DNA of 64,000 bases, taken from contig CAZMIO010000003.1 of the NCBI GenBank assembly GCA_964566535.1, forward strand, positions 89,153-153,152, read 5' to 3'. Below the pieces are notes generated by a model. That model saw nothing but the letters and a program-made list of their open reading frames with translations, was not told the origin of the DNA and searched no databases. Shown in pieces: positions 1 to 9,360 of this stretch (within the stretch, counting starts at the first letter, position 1; each line of letters begins with the position of its first letter). The position numbers were made by a program, and so were the translations under genes. This DNA is from an uncultured Methanosarcinales archaeon (GTDB lineage Archaea; Nanobdellota; Nanobdellia; Woesearchaeales; CAZOXR01).

Positions 1-1
1 C

Positions 2-241
2 AAAAACAAAAACTTAGTTATAGGCACAAAAAGGACCATGAAGTATGTTAAGTTAGGTAAAGTTGAAAGGATTTATTTAGCCTCAAACTGCAGTGAAGAT
101 GTAAAATCTGATTTGGAATATTATAACAAATTGAGCCCATTAAAGATTAAGAAGCTTAAATATCCAAATGATGAACTGGGTACTCTTTGCAAAAAACCAT
201 ATACTATTTCTGTGTTGTCTATACTAAAGGGTGGAAAGTAG
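2..241 (+). CDS. rpl30e: 50S ribosomal protein L30e (5' partial)
   Basis: Frame is open from the window start (KNKNLVIGTKRTMK...); LASNC and ELGTLCKKPY motifs; precedes nusA as in the conserved archaeal operon. Confidence 0.9.
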   Translation, partial: KNKNLVIGTKRTMKYVKLGKVERIYLASNCSEDVKSDLEYYNKLSPLKIKKLKYPNDELGTLCKKPYTISVLSILKGGK

Positions 242-654
242 TGACAAGAATAAAGTATGACATGAACCTTATGAAGTATATTTCTCTGTTTGAATCTCTA
301 ACTAATACCAAGGTTAAGGATTGTGTAGCTAACGAAAAACTTCTTTTCATAGTTCAAGAAGGCCACATAGGAAAGGCCGTGGGTAAACAAGGAATTAACG
401 TAAAGAAGATTGAAGGTATCTTAAAAAAAGACATTAGAATTGTCGAATTCAGCGAGAATCTTATTCAATTCATACAAAATATGATATATCCATTAAGGGC
501 ATCCAACATAGAAGAAGACCAAGGCACAGTTACAATAACAGGCCCAGACACAAAAACAAAAGGACTTATGATTGGTAGAGAGGGAAAAAACCTAAACTAC
601 CTTAAAGATATCGTAAAAAGGCACTTTAGTGTTGAAGATATTAAAGTGGTGTAA
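241..654 (+). CDS. nusA: Archaeal NusA-like KH-domain transcription factor
   Basis: KH GxxG motifs (IGKAVGKQG, IGREGKN); likely GTG start at 241 coupled to the rpl30e stop. Confidence 0.9.
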   Translation: MTRIKYDMNLMKYISLFESLTNTKVKDCVANEKLLFIVQEGHIGKAVGKQGINVKKIEGILKKDIRIVEFSENLIQFIQNMIYPLRASNIEEDQGTVTITGPDTKTKGLMIGREGKNLNYLKDIVKRHFSVEDIKVV

Positions 655-702
655 TAACAAAACAAAAACCTTTTTAAATAACCAAAATTCTCTAAACTCA
701 TT

Positions 703-1011
703 ATGAAACTTCCTAAAACTTCAAAAAGATATTGCAAATTTTGTAAAAAGCACACTGAACTAAAAATCTCAATAGTTAAGAAGAAGAGTCCTAGAAGTAT
801 GACTTACGGTAGTAAAGTACGTGCTAGGAGAAGGGGAGTTGCAAGAGGCACAGGAAATAGGGGAAGGTATTCTAAACCAGCAATTACTAAATTCAAAAGA
901 ACAGGTAAGAAAGCTACAAAGAAATCAGATTTAAAATATGAATGTAAGGAATGTAAAAAGACTCAGATTCAAAAAAGCGGATTTCGAGCAAAGAAAATCG
1001 AGTTTAAATAA
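703..1011 (+). CDS. rpl44e: 50S ribosomal protein L44e
   Basis: YCKFCKKHT and CKECKK zinc motifs; very basic; TTTAAATA box about 30 nt upstream. Confidence 0.92.
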   Translation: MKLPKTSKRYCKFCKKHTELKISIVKKKSPRSMTYGSKVRARRRGVARGTGNRGRYSKPAITKFKRTGKKATKKSDLKYECKECKKTQIQKSGFRAKKIEFK

Positions 1012-1025
1012 TTCTATTTAATTAA

Positions 1026-1799
1026 TTATATTATTTCATTTGAATACATATAGATAGATAGAGTAAGCATTACAACAAACATCAACAACCCAGTGATAAT
1101 TACTTTCTGAGTTGGCAGATCTCTTATACTACTTCCAGTCAACCTAGACAATGAGATTGGCTTAACAATAATATTCATTCTAGACCCAAAAACAGAATCT
1201 AAGCAAAGATACTCTCCAGAATCCTTAAACCTAAACTCAACTTCTTCACCAGCAGTATAGAGTTCATCACCTACAAATATCCTTCTGCTGTTGATATAAC
1301 AAACAACTTTATGCCTTCTCGAATCCTCGCTAATCCATCTTATTGTTGTGCCTTCTTCTATTGTTATTATATCCGGAGCAAATGAAAATCTCTCAACAAT
1401 AATTTTCTCTTCAGCAGGCTCAATTGGCACTACCTCTGGTTCCGGCTCAGGTTCTTGATCAATAATTATCTCAACCATATCTTCCGGTTCTATAACTACT
1501 TCTTCACCAGCAGACTCAATATAAATATCATCATCAATAAACATGGGAGTAATCATTATTGCAATTATCACCAGAACAAATAGGAGAATTATATAACCAT
1601 GATGTCTATTTTTCCCTCTAACAGGCCTTCTTCTTTCCTCATGTCTCTGGGCCCTTTCTGGCTGCTCAACTTGAGGCGCAACTTTAGAATTAACTTTCTC
1701 AGCAGCCCTATTACTTACCTTCTTAGCTGCCTTCTTCTCTACTTTAGGCTTCTTCACAGAACCCTTCTTAGTACCCTTTTTCACACTCTTTTTAGCCAT
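1026..1799 (-). CDS. Membrane-anchored protein with cupredoxin-like domain
   Basis: Lys-rich N-terminus, TM helix, EP-rich linker, FAPDIITIEEGTTIRW...H...GEYLC...M cupredoxin-like pattern, C-terminal TM; start taken at MAKKSV. Confidence 0.6.
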   Translation of the reverse strand: MAKKSVKKGTKKGSVKKPKVEKKAAKKVSNRAAEKVNSKVAPQVEQPERAQRHEERRRPVRGKNRHHGYIILLFVLVIIAIMITPMFIDDDIYIESAGEEVVIEPEDMVEIIIDQEPEPEPEVVPIEPAEEKIIVERFSFAPDIITIEEGTTIRWISEDSRRHKVVCYINSRRIFVGDELYTAGEEVEFRFKDSGEYLCLDSVFGSRMNIIVKPISLSRLTGSSIRDLPTQKVIITGLLMFVVMLTLSIYMYSNEII

Positions 1800-1893
1800 A
1801 ATCAGTACTTTAAAAAGGAAGTATTTATAGTTTTTGGTAGAAAACCTTATAAATCCCCTAACATCCACCATTACCTATAATTGGAGGATTAAA

Positions 1894-2076
1894 ATGAAAG
1901 TAAGAGAACCAACAAGCAAATTCATAAAAATAAGATGCCCAAAGTGCAAAAACGAGCAAAACATCTTTGGAAAGACAAGCTCAGAGATAAAATGCCTAGT
2001 TTGCAGTAAGGTATTAGCAGAACCAACAGGCGGAAAAAGCAAAGTTAAAGCTAGAATTCTAGAGGTTTTGGAATAA
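1894..2076 (+). CDS. rps27e: 30S ribosomal protein S27e
   Basis: SKFIKIRCPKCKNEQ...CLVC...PTGGK; GGAGG SD before ATG 1894. Confidence 0.93.
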   Translation: MKVREPTSKFIKIRCPKCKNEQNIFGKTSSEIKCLVCSKVLAEPTGGKSKVKARILEVLE

Positions 2077-2871
2077 ATGCTTTTAAAAAAACAAGGTTAC
2101 CCTGAAGATGGTGAGCTAGTTTTATGTACCGTTACTAAAATACATTTTCATTCTGTTTTTGTAAACCTAGATGAATACGGAAGATCTGGATTAATCCACA
2201 TTTCTGAAGTTTCTCCAGGAAGAATAAGAAACATTAGAGACTTCGTTTCAGAAGGAAGGAAGGTTGTCTGTAAAGTTCTAAAGGTCAACCAGGAAAAAGG
2301 ACATATTGATCTTTCACTAAGGAGAGTAAACGATAACCAAAAAAGATTAAAGATAAACGAGATAAAACAAGAACAATTAGCAGAAAAGATAGTTGAGTTC
2401 GTAGCAAAAAGCATGGACATGCCCTTGACTACTTTGTACAAACAAGTTACTGAAAAATTACTAAAAAAATATGACGGCCTATACCCCTGCTTCCAGGATG
2501 TGGTAAAGGATGCCGAAATTCTTAAAAAACTAGGCATCGAAGAAAAAGTTGCAAAGACATTAGAAGAAGCAATTAAGCAAAGGATTAAAGAGACAGAAGT
2601 TGAAATAAAGGGAAACTTAACAATACTAACTTACGCCCCAGATGGTGTTGACATAATAAAGCAATCATTAGAAAAAGGAGAAAAAGTAGGAACAGAAATT
2701 GGCAAAGGAAAACTAAGGTTAAGATACGAAGGATCTGGGAAGTATTCTCTCTCAGTAAAATCAGAAAACTACAAGGACGCAGAGAAAATCTTAGAAAAAT
2801 CAACCTCGACAATTATAGGGTTTATTGAAGAGAATGATGGCCAGGCAAGTTTTGCAAGAACTGAAGAATGA
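2077..2871 (+). CDS. eif2a: Translation initiation factor aIF-2 alpha
   Basis: S1 domain (PEDGELVLCTV, GLIHISEV, GHIDLSLRRV); conserved synteny. Confidence 0.93.
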   Translation: MLLKKQGYPEDGELVLCTVTKIHFHSVFVNLDEYGRSGLIHISEVSPGRIRNIRDFVSEGRKVVCKVLKVNQEKGHIDLSLRRVNDNQKRLKINEIKQEQLAEKIVEFVAKSMDMPLTTLYKQVTEKLLKKYDGLYPCFQDVVKDAEILKKLGIEEKVAKTLEEAIKQRIKETEVEIKGNLTILTYAPDGVDIIKQSLEKGEKVGTEIGKGKLRLRYEGSGKYSLSVKSENYKDAEKILEKSTSTIIGFIEENDGQASFARTEE

Positions 2872-3044
2872 AACACATATTTAGATGTCCAGACTGCAAT
2901 ACATATACTCTAAAAGAAGTTTGTCAGAAATGCAATACTAAAACAATTGCCACCCGTCCACCAAAATTCAGTCCTGAAGATAAATACGCAAAATATAGAA
3001 GAACAGTAAAAAAACCATTACTAAAAAAAGAAGGCCTGCTATAA
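2868..3044 (+). CDS. nop10: H/ACA RNP protein Nop10 (58 aa, absent from ORF track)
   Basis: Translated by hand: MKHIFRCPDCNTYTLKEVCQKC...RPPKFSPEDKYAKYR; ATGA overlap with eif2a. Confidence 0.92.
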   Translation: MKHIFRCPDCNTYTLKEVCQKCNTKTIATRPPKFSPEDKYAKYRRTVKKPLLKKEGLL

Positions 3045-3045
3045 G

Positions 3046-3834
3046 ATGACAACAATCAAAATAGAAACAATTGGCAAAAAGCCAAAACTAAAAAATCCAA
3101 TTCTAGTTGAAGGTTTACCTGGTATAGGAAATGTTGGAAAAGTAGCAGTTGATTTTATTGTTGAAGAAATAAAAGCAAAAAAATTATTTGAAATCTACTC
3201 TCACACATTCCCACATTCCGTTTTTGTTAACGAAGACAACCTTGTAGAATTACCTAAGGTTGAAATATACTATAAGCAAGGAAAAAGAGACATTTTATTC
3301 CTAGCAGGAGACATCCAACCAATAGATGAAGTATCATCCTACGAATTCTCAGAAAAGATACTCGACATCCTAGAAGAATTCAACGGAAAAGAAGTAATTA
3401 CTCTAGGGGGCATAGGACTTAGTGAAGTTCCAAAAAAACCTAAAATTTACTGTACAGGAAACTCAAAGAAGACAGTAGCAAAATATAAGGACAAGAATGT
3501 CAACCATAAGTTATACGGAGTAGTAGGACCAATTGTGGGAGTCTCAGGCCTTCTCCTAGGCCTAGCACAAAAAAGAAAGATAGATGCAGTATCGTTCCTA
3601 GCAGAAACTTATGCGCATCCAATGTATCTGGGAATGCAAGGCGCAAAAGAAATATTAAAACTACTAAATTCAAAATTAGGATTAAAGATAGACATGAAAA
3701 AGATGGACGAAGAAATACAAGAGATTGAAAAAGATTTGATGAAGAGAACAGAAGAACTAAACGATGTAGTTAAGCAAACTGCAATAAAGAAATTACAAGG
3801 CAAGTTAGGCGAAGAAGTAAATTATATTGGTTGA
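3046..3834 (+). CDS. PAC2 family proteasome assembly chaperone-like protein
   Basis: LVEGLPGIGNVGK, GDIQP and ITLGG motifs; conserved position after nop10. Confidence 0.88.
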   Translation: MTTIKIETIGKKPKLKNPILVEGLPGIGNVGKVAVDFIVEEIKAKKLFEIYSHTFPHSVFVNEDNLVELPKVEIYYKQGKRDILFLAGDIQPIDEVSSYEFSEKILDILEEFNGKEVITLGGIGLSEVPKKPKIYCTGNSKKTVAKYKDKNVNHKLYGVVGPIVGVSGLLLGLAQKRKIDAVSFLAETYAHPMYLGMQGAKEILKLLNSKLGLKIDMKKMDEEIQEIEKDLMKRTEELNDVVKQTAIKKLQGKLGEEVNYIG

Positions 3835-3880
3835 TTTATTTTCAAAAGGTTTAAATACACATTCTCCAAAGAACTATCTT

Positions 3881-5173
3881 ATGAAAATTAAGAGTGTAAA
3901 AGCAAGAGAAATCCTTAGTTCTGGTTCAACTCCAACAATAGAAGTTACATGTAAGCTAAACTCGGGCATTAAAGGTACTGCTTCTGTTCCCTACGGCGCG
4001 TCTGCTGGTATTCACGAAGCTTTTGTACTCATGGATGGAGGCAAGCGCTATAATGGAAAAGGTATGTTAAAGGCTGTAGGGAATGTAAATAACATAATCT
4101 CTAAAAAAATCATTGGATTAGATGCTTCTAAACAAAGAAAAATTGACGAAACAATGATTGAGCTTGATGGAACAGAAAACAAAAAGAGATTAGGTGCTAA
4201 CGCTATACTCGGAGTAAGCTTAGCAGTCGCAAGAGCAGCAGCAAACCAAAAAAACACACCTATGTACCAACACATAAGGAATATCTTTGCTCTTCCAATA
4301 AAAAAATTCATTCTCCCAAATCCGATGATGGTCATAATTGAAGGAGGAAAGCATGCAGACCAATCTACAGATTTGCAGGAATATCTGGTATCTCCAATTG
4401 GATCAAAGTCTGTTAAGGAAAACATTCGTTCTGGAATTGAGGTTTATTTAGCCCTAAAAAGAATTCTTAAAGAAAAAGGATTAAGTGTAAATGTTGGCAA
4501 CGAAGGAGCTTTTGCTCCAAGCGGATTACCTACAAATGAAACTCCTCTCAAGATTATTAAAGAAGCAATAAGAAAAGCAGGCTACAAAGCAGGAAAAGAC
4601 ATAGGCATCTCATTAGATCCTGCAGCTTCTGAGATATATATAAAAGGTAAATATAAACTTAATAAGGAAAATAAAAAATTAAGTTCTGAACAAATGATAG
4701 ATTACTTCGAAGATTGGGTTAACAAATACCCGATAACAACTTTAGAAGACCCATTGCATGAAGATGACTGGGATAACTGGCCAAAATTAACTGAAAGGTT
4801 AGGCAAAAAAATACCAATTATTGGAGATGATCTAACAGTAACAAATCCTAAAAGATTACAAAAAGCAATTGACCTTAAGGCAATAAATGCAATTTTAATC
4901 AAACTAAATCAAATAGGAACCCTAACAGAAACAGTTGACTGCTGCATGTTGGCAAGAAAACATAAATTCATGACAGTCATAAGTCATAGGGGCGGTGGAG
5001 AAACTAATGACACAACTATGATCGATTTAGCAGTTGCTGTAAACTCTGGCTTTGTCAAAGTAGGACCATCAAGGGGAGAAAGAGTTGGAAAATACAATAG
5101 ATTGATGGAAATAGAAGATGAGTTAGGCACTAAAGCAAAAGTTGCAGGAAAGGATTTTAAGAAGATTGTATAA
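3881..5173 (+). CDS. eno: Enolase (divergent)
   Basis: VPYGASAG.HEA, GANAILGVS, GDDLTVTN, LIKLNQIGT, KYNRL; start at MKIKSV about 30 nt after a TATA box. Confidence 0.92.
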   Translation: MKIKSVKAREILSSGSTPTIEVTCKLNSGIKGTASVPYGASAGIHEAFVLMDGGKRYNGKGMLKAVGNVNNIISKKIIGLDASKQRKIDETMIELDGTENKKRLGANAILGVSLAVARAAANQKNTPMYQHIRNIFALPIKKFILPNPMMVIIEGGKHADQSTDLQEYLVSPIGSKSVKENIRSGIEVYLALKRILKEKGLSVNVGNEGAFAPSGLPTNETPLKIIKEAIRKAGYKAGKDIGISLDPAASEIYIKGKYKLNKENKKLSSEQMIDYFEDWVNKYPITTLEDPLHEDDWDNWPKLTERLGKKIPIIGDDLTVTNPKRLQKAIDLKAINAILIKLNQIGTLTETVDCCMLARKHKFMTVISHRGGGETNDTTMIDLAVAVNSGFVKVGPSRGERVGKYNRLMEIEDELGTKAKVAGKDFKKIV

Positions 5174-5174
5174 A

Positions 5175-5837
5175 ATGAACCTAAAAATCTACCTATTCAG
5201 ACACGCTCAAACATATTACAACAAAAAGCATTACTTCTGCGGATGGAAAGATTCTAAACTAACTCCCTTTGGCATAAAACAAGCTAAGATAATAGCTGGG
5301 AAACTAAAAAACAAAAAAATAGATATTGCTTACCATACAAGACTTTCAAGATCAAAAGACACCTTAAAAGAAGTTCTAAAATACCACCCTGAATGTAAAA
5401 GAGTAATCACGGATGACCGGATGATTGAACGCTGTTATGGCAAACTGCAAGGCACATCTCATAAAATGTTTATGGAAAAAGAAGGAACAGACTCCTACAA
5501 AACACTTCTACACTGGCACAAAATAGACCACCTAACAGGCAAAGACAAGGCAAAATTTATACAAGAGCTCGGAAAATCAGAGTTTGATATTATCCATAGG
5601 TCCTACAATGTCCCTCCTCCAAAAGGAGAAAGCATAAAGATGGTTGAAAAAAGAGTTCTAGGCTTCATAAAAGACCTTATAAAAAAAGTGAAAAAAGAAA
5701 AGACCCATGTAGCTATCTCTGCTCACGGAAACTCAATGAGGCCATTTCGAAGATATTTTGAAAAACTTAGCATAGAAAAAATGATGAATTTAGAAAATCC
5801 TTGGGATGACTATTTTGAGTATATCATAAAAGCCTAA
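5175..5837 (+). CDS. gpmA: 2,3-BPG-dependent phosphoglycerate mutase / histidine phosphatase family
   Basis: RHAQT, ERCYGKLQG, PPKGES and SAHGNSMR motifs; follows eno. Confidence 0.75.
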   Translation: MNLKIYLFRHAQTYYNKKHYFCGWKDSKLTPFGIKQAKIIAGKLKNKKIDIAYHTRLSRSKDTLKEVLKYHPECKRVITDDRMIERCYGKLQGTSHKMFMEKEGTDSYKTLLHWHKIDHLTGKDKAKFIQELGKSEFDIIHRSYNVPPPKGESIKMVEKRVLGFIKDLIKKVKKEKTHVAISAHGNSMRPFRRYFEKLSIEKMMNLENPWDDYFEYIIKA

Positions 5838-5897
5838 TCATAACTCCGTAAACCTCACGGACTATTTAAAACCTCTACATTTGAGAATAGAAATATT

Positions 5898-5905
5898 TTT
5901 ATATA
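5898..5905 (+). promoter_or_regulatory. TATA box of the serine operon leader
   Basis: TTTATATA preceded by a purine-rich BRE-like stretch; starts 31 nt before GTG 5929, the spacing seen for other apparently leaderless genes here. Confidence 0.6.
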
Positions 5906-5928
5906 AAACTCCAAATCGTATTCTACTG

Positions 5929-5985
5929 GTGGACACAATCATCAAAAAAATAATTTGTTCTGGCGGGATGTCATCTAGTAGTTAG
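5929..5985 (+). CDS. Putative Ser-rich leader peptide (uORF) MDTIIKKIICSGGMSSSS
   Basis: GTG...ATG TCA TCT AGT AGT TAG directly upstream of DUF1015-aminotransferase-serA; alternative ATG start at 5968. Confidence 0.62.
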   Translation: MDTIIKKIICSGGMSSSS

Positions 5986-5992
5986 TCCAAAC

Positions 5993-6023
5993 TCTTTCTG
6001 GTTCTGTATGAGAACCAGAGAGA
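5993..6023 (+). promoter_or_regulatory. 13-bp RNA hairpin in the serine operon leader
   Basis: TCTTTCTGGTTCT-gtatg-AGAACCAGAGAGA (one G-U pair), between the uORF stop and ATG 6036. Confidence 0.65.
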
Positions 6024-6035
6024 TAGCTGTACAAA

Positions 6036-7337
6036 ATGGTAACAATAAAACCGTTCAAAGGAATAAGGTACAACAAAGAAAAAGTTATAGACTTCAGTAA
6101 AGTAATAACTCCTCCTTACGATGTCATCAATGAAAAACAAAAACAAGAGTTCCAAGATGCATCAGAATACAATTATGTTAGACTTCTTCTAGGAAAGAAC
6201 GGAGAAAACGGAGAAAAAGATTACAAAGACGTTGCAGAACTTCTAGCAGAATGGCAAAAAAACAAGATCTTAGAACAAGACGGGCAAGATTCAATCTACA
6301 TTTACTCACAAACATTCCAATTAAATGGAAAGCAAGTAACAAGGATAGGGTTTAACTCATTAATAAAACTAGAACCTCACGGACAAGGGGTTCTACCTCA
6401 CGAAAAAACAATGGAAAGACCATTCAAAGATAGGCTAAATTTTATCTCAGCAACAAAAGCAAACCTTGGCTGCATATTCATGCTATATGATGACAGAGAA
6501 AGAATCATCGACACATTAATCAATGAAAAAATAACTAACCTCCAGCCAGATATGGAGTTTACCGATAAAGTCAGCATCCAACATAAATTATGGAAAATCT
6601 CAGACAATGACTTCATAGAAAAAATAAAAACAGAGATGGAAAAATACCAATGCATAATCGCAGATGGCCATCACCGTTACAGATCTAATCTAGAGTACAG
6701 CAACCAAAACCCAGATTTAGAAGATGCAAAATACACCCTCTGCAGTTTTGTAAATTCATTTAATGAAGGCCTTTTAGTTCTACCGATTGACAGATTCATC
6801 CATAGCTTAAAAGAAGCAGATATCGATCATATCTTAACAAAACTAAAAGAATCTTTCGAAATAGAAGAACTAACTAGCCCAGAAGAGCTAGTGGGTAAAA
6901 TAGACTCCACAGATGTAATGATTGACAAAGAAACCAACCAAAAAAACCACGTAATTGGGATGTATTCTTTCCAAAACAAGAAATCTTACTTCCTTAAGTT
7001 AAAAGATAACAACATCCTAAAGGGCATCTATCCAGACAAAACAAACATCTACCAAAGATTAGATATAAACATACTACATAAAATCGTATTCAATAACATT
7101 CTAAATATCAGCGATGAAGACCAATACCAAGGAACCAACATAGAATATACTAAATCAGACCATAGAGCTCTAGACAAACTAGACAACAACAAATACCAGC
7201 TAGCTTTCTTCTTAAATCCCCCATTACTCAGAGAAATATTCTTAACAGCACGAGCAGATGAAACAATGCCTCAGAAATCAACATTCTTCTATCCTAAAAT
7301 ATATTCAGGTTTAGTTATAAATAAAATTGGAGGTTAA
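6036..7337 (+). CDS. DUF1015 family protein
   Basis: IKPFKGIRY, PPYDVI, LPHEKT, IADGHHRY and MPQKSTFFYPK motifs; family commonly clustered with serA/serC. Confidence 0.88.
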   Translation: MVTIKPFKGIRYNKEKVIDFSKVITPPYDVINEKQKQEFQDASEYNYVRLLLGKNGENGEKDYKDVAELLAEWQKNKILEQDGQDSIYIYSQTFQLNGKQVTRIGFNSLIKLEPHGQGVLPHEKTMERPFKDRLNFISATKANLGCIFMLYDDRERIIDTLINEKITNLQPDMEFTDKVSIQHKLWKISDNDFIEKIKTEMEKYQCIIADGHHRYRSNLEYSNQNPDLEDAKYTLCSFVNSFNEGLLVLPIDRFIHSLKEADIDHILTKLKESFEIEELTSPEELVGKIDSTDVMIDKETNQKNHVIGMYSFQNKKSYFLKLKDNNILKGIYPDKTNIYQRLDINILHKIVFNNILNISDEDQYQGTNIEYTKSDHRALDKLDNNKYQLAFFLNPPLLREIFLTARADETMPQKSTFFYPKIYSGLVINKIGG

Positions 7338-7341
7338 TAAA

Positions 7342-8403
7342 ATGGCAAAATTGTTTATTCCAGGACCAACAGAAGTAAGAGAAGAGATTAGGCAAGAACT
7401 CGCAAAGCCTATGATTGGCCACAGAAGCGGAGAGTTCAAGAAACTTTTCTCAGACGTTTCTCCAAAACTACAAAAAGTACTCTACACTAATAACAGAGTA
7501 TTCCTATCAACATCATCCGCATTAGGGGTCATGGAAGGCGCTATAAGGAATATTGTCAAAGAACGCTCCCTAAACTTAGTTTGTGGCAGTTTCTCAGACA
7601 GATGGGCAAAAATGGTTGGGGAGTGTGGAAAAGAAGGAGACACCATCGAAGTTGACATGGGCAAAGCAATAAAGTCTGAAATGGTCGAAGAAAAACTATC
7701 TTCAGGAAACTATGACACTCTCTGCTTAACACACAACGAAACATCTACTGGAGTGATGAATCCATTAGAAGAAATCTCGGAGATCGCAAAAAAATATCCA
7801 GACATCGTATTCATGGTAGACGCAACCTCATCAATGTCAGGTGTAAAGATAGACGTAGACAAACTAGGAATTGATGTTTGCTTAGCATCCGTACAAAAAT
7901 GCTTTGCACTACCTCCTGGACTAGCAGTATTCTCATGTTCCGAAAAAGCATTAGAACGTTCAAAAGAAGTCCCAAACAGGGGCTACTACTTTGACTTCCA
8001 GCAATTCCTAAACTACTATGAAAAGCAAAACACAATATCAACACCAGCAATTCCCCATATTTACGCTTTAAACAAACAATTAGACAGAATGTTTGAAGAA
8101 GGAATAGAAAATAGGTTCAATAGACACAAAGAGATGGCAGACTTTACCAGAAAGTGGGCAATAGACAATGGTTTTTCGTTATTTCCTGAAGAAGGATACG
8201 AAAGCATAACTTTAACGTGCATCAACAACACAAAAGGAATAAATGTCGCAGACACAATAAACAAAGTCAAAGAAAAAGGAATGGAATTCGGTAATGGCTA
8301 CCGTGACATCAAAGAAAAGACATTCCGTATCGGCCACATGGGAGATTTAACCTTAGATGAAGTGAGAGAGCTAACTGAGGCTATTAGCGAGGTAATAAAA
8401 TGA
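7342..8403 (+). CDS. serC: Class V PLP aminotransferase, probable phosphoserine aminotransferase
   Basis: LFIPGPT, HNETSTG, VDATSS, SVQK (PLP Lys), FRIGHMG; GGAGG SD before ATG 7342; adjacent to serA. Confidence 0.75.
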   Translation: MAKLFIPGPTEVREEIRQELAKPMIGHRSGEFKKLFSDVSPKLQKVLYTNNRVFLSTSSALGVMEGAIRNIVKERSLNLVCGSFSDRWAKMVGECGKEGDTIEVDMGKAIKSEMVEEKLSSGNYDTLCLTHNETSTGVMNPLEEISEIAKKYPDIVFMVDATSSMSGVKIDVDKLGIDVCLASVQKCFALPPGLAVFSCSEKALERSKEVPNRGYYFDFQQFLNYYEKQNTISTPAIPHIYALNKQLDRMFEEGIENRFNRHKEMADFTRKWAIDNGFSLFPEEGYESITLTCINNTKGINVADTINKVKEKGMEFGNGYRDIKEKTFRIGHMGDLTLDEVRELTEAISEVIK

Positions 8404-9356
8404 AAATACTAATCCCAGACAAAGTAAACGATAAAGCAACTGAAATTCTAAAAACAGCAGGATTCGAAGTCGAAAACAAACCAGGAATCTCACAAGAAGA
8501 ATTAATCCAAATCTGCGCAGATGCAGATGCAATGATAGTCCGTTCAGGAATAAAAATAACAAAGGAAGTCATCCAAGCTGCAAAAAAACTAAAACTAGTT
8601 GTCAGAGCAGGAGTGGGATATGATAACATTGACGCAAATGCAGCAGCAGAAGCAGGAGTCGTTGTTGAAAATACTCCATTTGGAAACACAAATGCAGCAG
8701 CTGAACATACATTAGTTCTATTGATGCTCTTAGCAAAACACATCATCCATGCTCACACCGAATTAAAAGGTGGAATATGGGACAGAAAAAAGTACAAAGC
8801 AACTGAACTAAAAGACAAAACATTAGGAATTATAGGATTAGGAAATGTTGGAAAGAAAGTTGCAAAAGTAGCATTAGCATTCGAGATGAACGTTCTAGTC
8901 CATGACCCATTCGTACTTGACGATGTTCTAACAGAACTCAAGGTAAAAAAAGCAGAACTTGAAGAAATCTTCAAAAACTCAGATTACATTACAGTTCACG
9001 TACCATTAACAGACAAAACAAAAGACATGATTTCAGACGAACAATTCGCTTCAATGAAAGAAGGAGTAAGAATCCTAAATGTAGCAAGAGGCGGAGTAAT
9101 CAACGAAGACGCCCTAGAAAAAGCAATTAATTCTAGAAAAGTAGCAGCAGCAGCATTAGACGTTTACGGCCAAGAACCACCAATCTGCAAATCATTGATA
9201 GCAAACGACAGAGTTATCTGCACACCACATCTAGGCGCATCAACAAAAGAAGCCCAGATTAACGTAGCAGTTGACGCAGCAAACCAGATTGTAGAAGCTT
9301 TAAAGAACAATAAGATTGTCCACTGCGTAAATAAAGTTGAGAAATTGAAGGAATAA
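8400..9356 (+). CDS. serA: D-3-phosphoglycerate dehydrogenase (short type, no ACT domain)
   Basis: RAGVGYDNID, NTNAAAEH, GLGNVG, NVARGG, TPHLGASTKEAQ. Confidence 0.88.
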   Translation: MKILIPDKVNDKATEILKTAGFEVENKPGISQEELIQICADADAMIVRSGIKITKEVIQAAKKLKLVVRAGVGYDNIDANAAAEAGVVVENTPFGNTNAAAEHTLVLLMLLAKHIIHAHTELKGGIWDRKKYKATELKDKTLGIIGLGNVGKKVAKVALAFEMNVLVHDPFVLDDVLTELKVKKAELEEIFKNSDYITVHVPLTDKTKDMISDEQFASMKEGVRILNVARGGVINEDALEKAINSRKVAAAALDVYGQEPPICKSLIANDRVICTPHLGASTKEAQINVAVDAANQIVEALKNNKIVHCVNKVEKLKE

Positions 9357-9360
9357 TCGA

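Noticed and set aside
5923..5981. Possible T-box or riboswitch stem (ctactgg...ctagtag) upstream of the serine genes
   Set aside because: No T-box UGGNACC antiterminator or known aptamer consensus; the 5' arm lies mostly upstream of the predicted TSS; the uORF explains the region better
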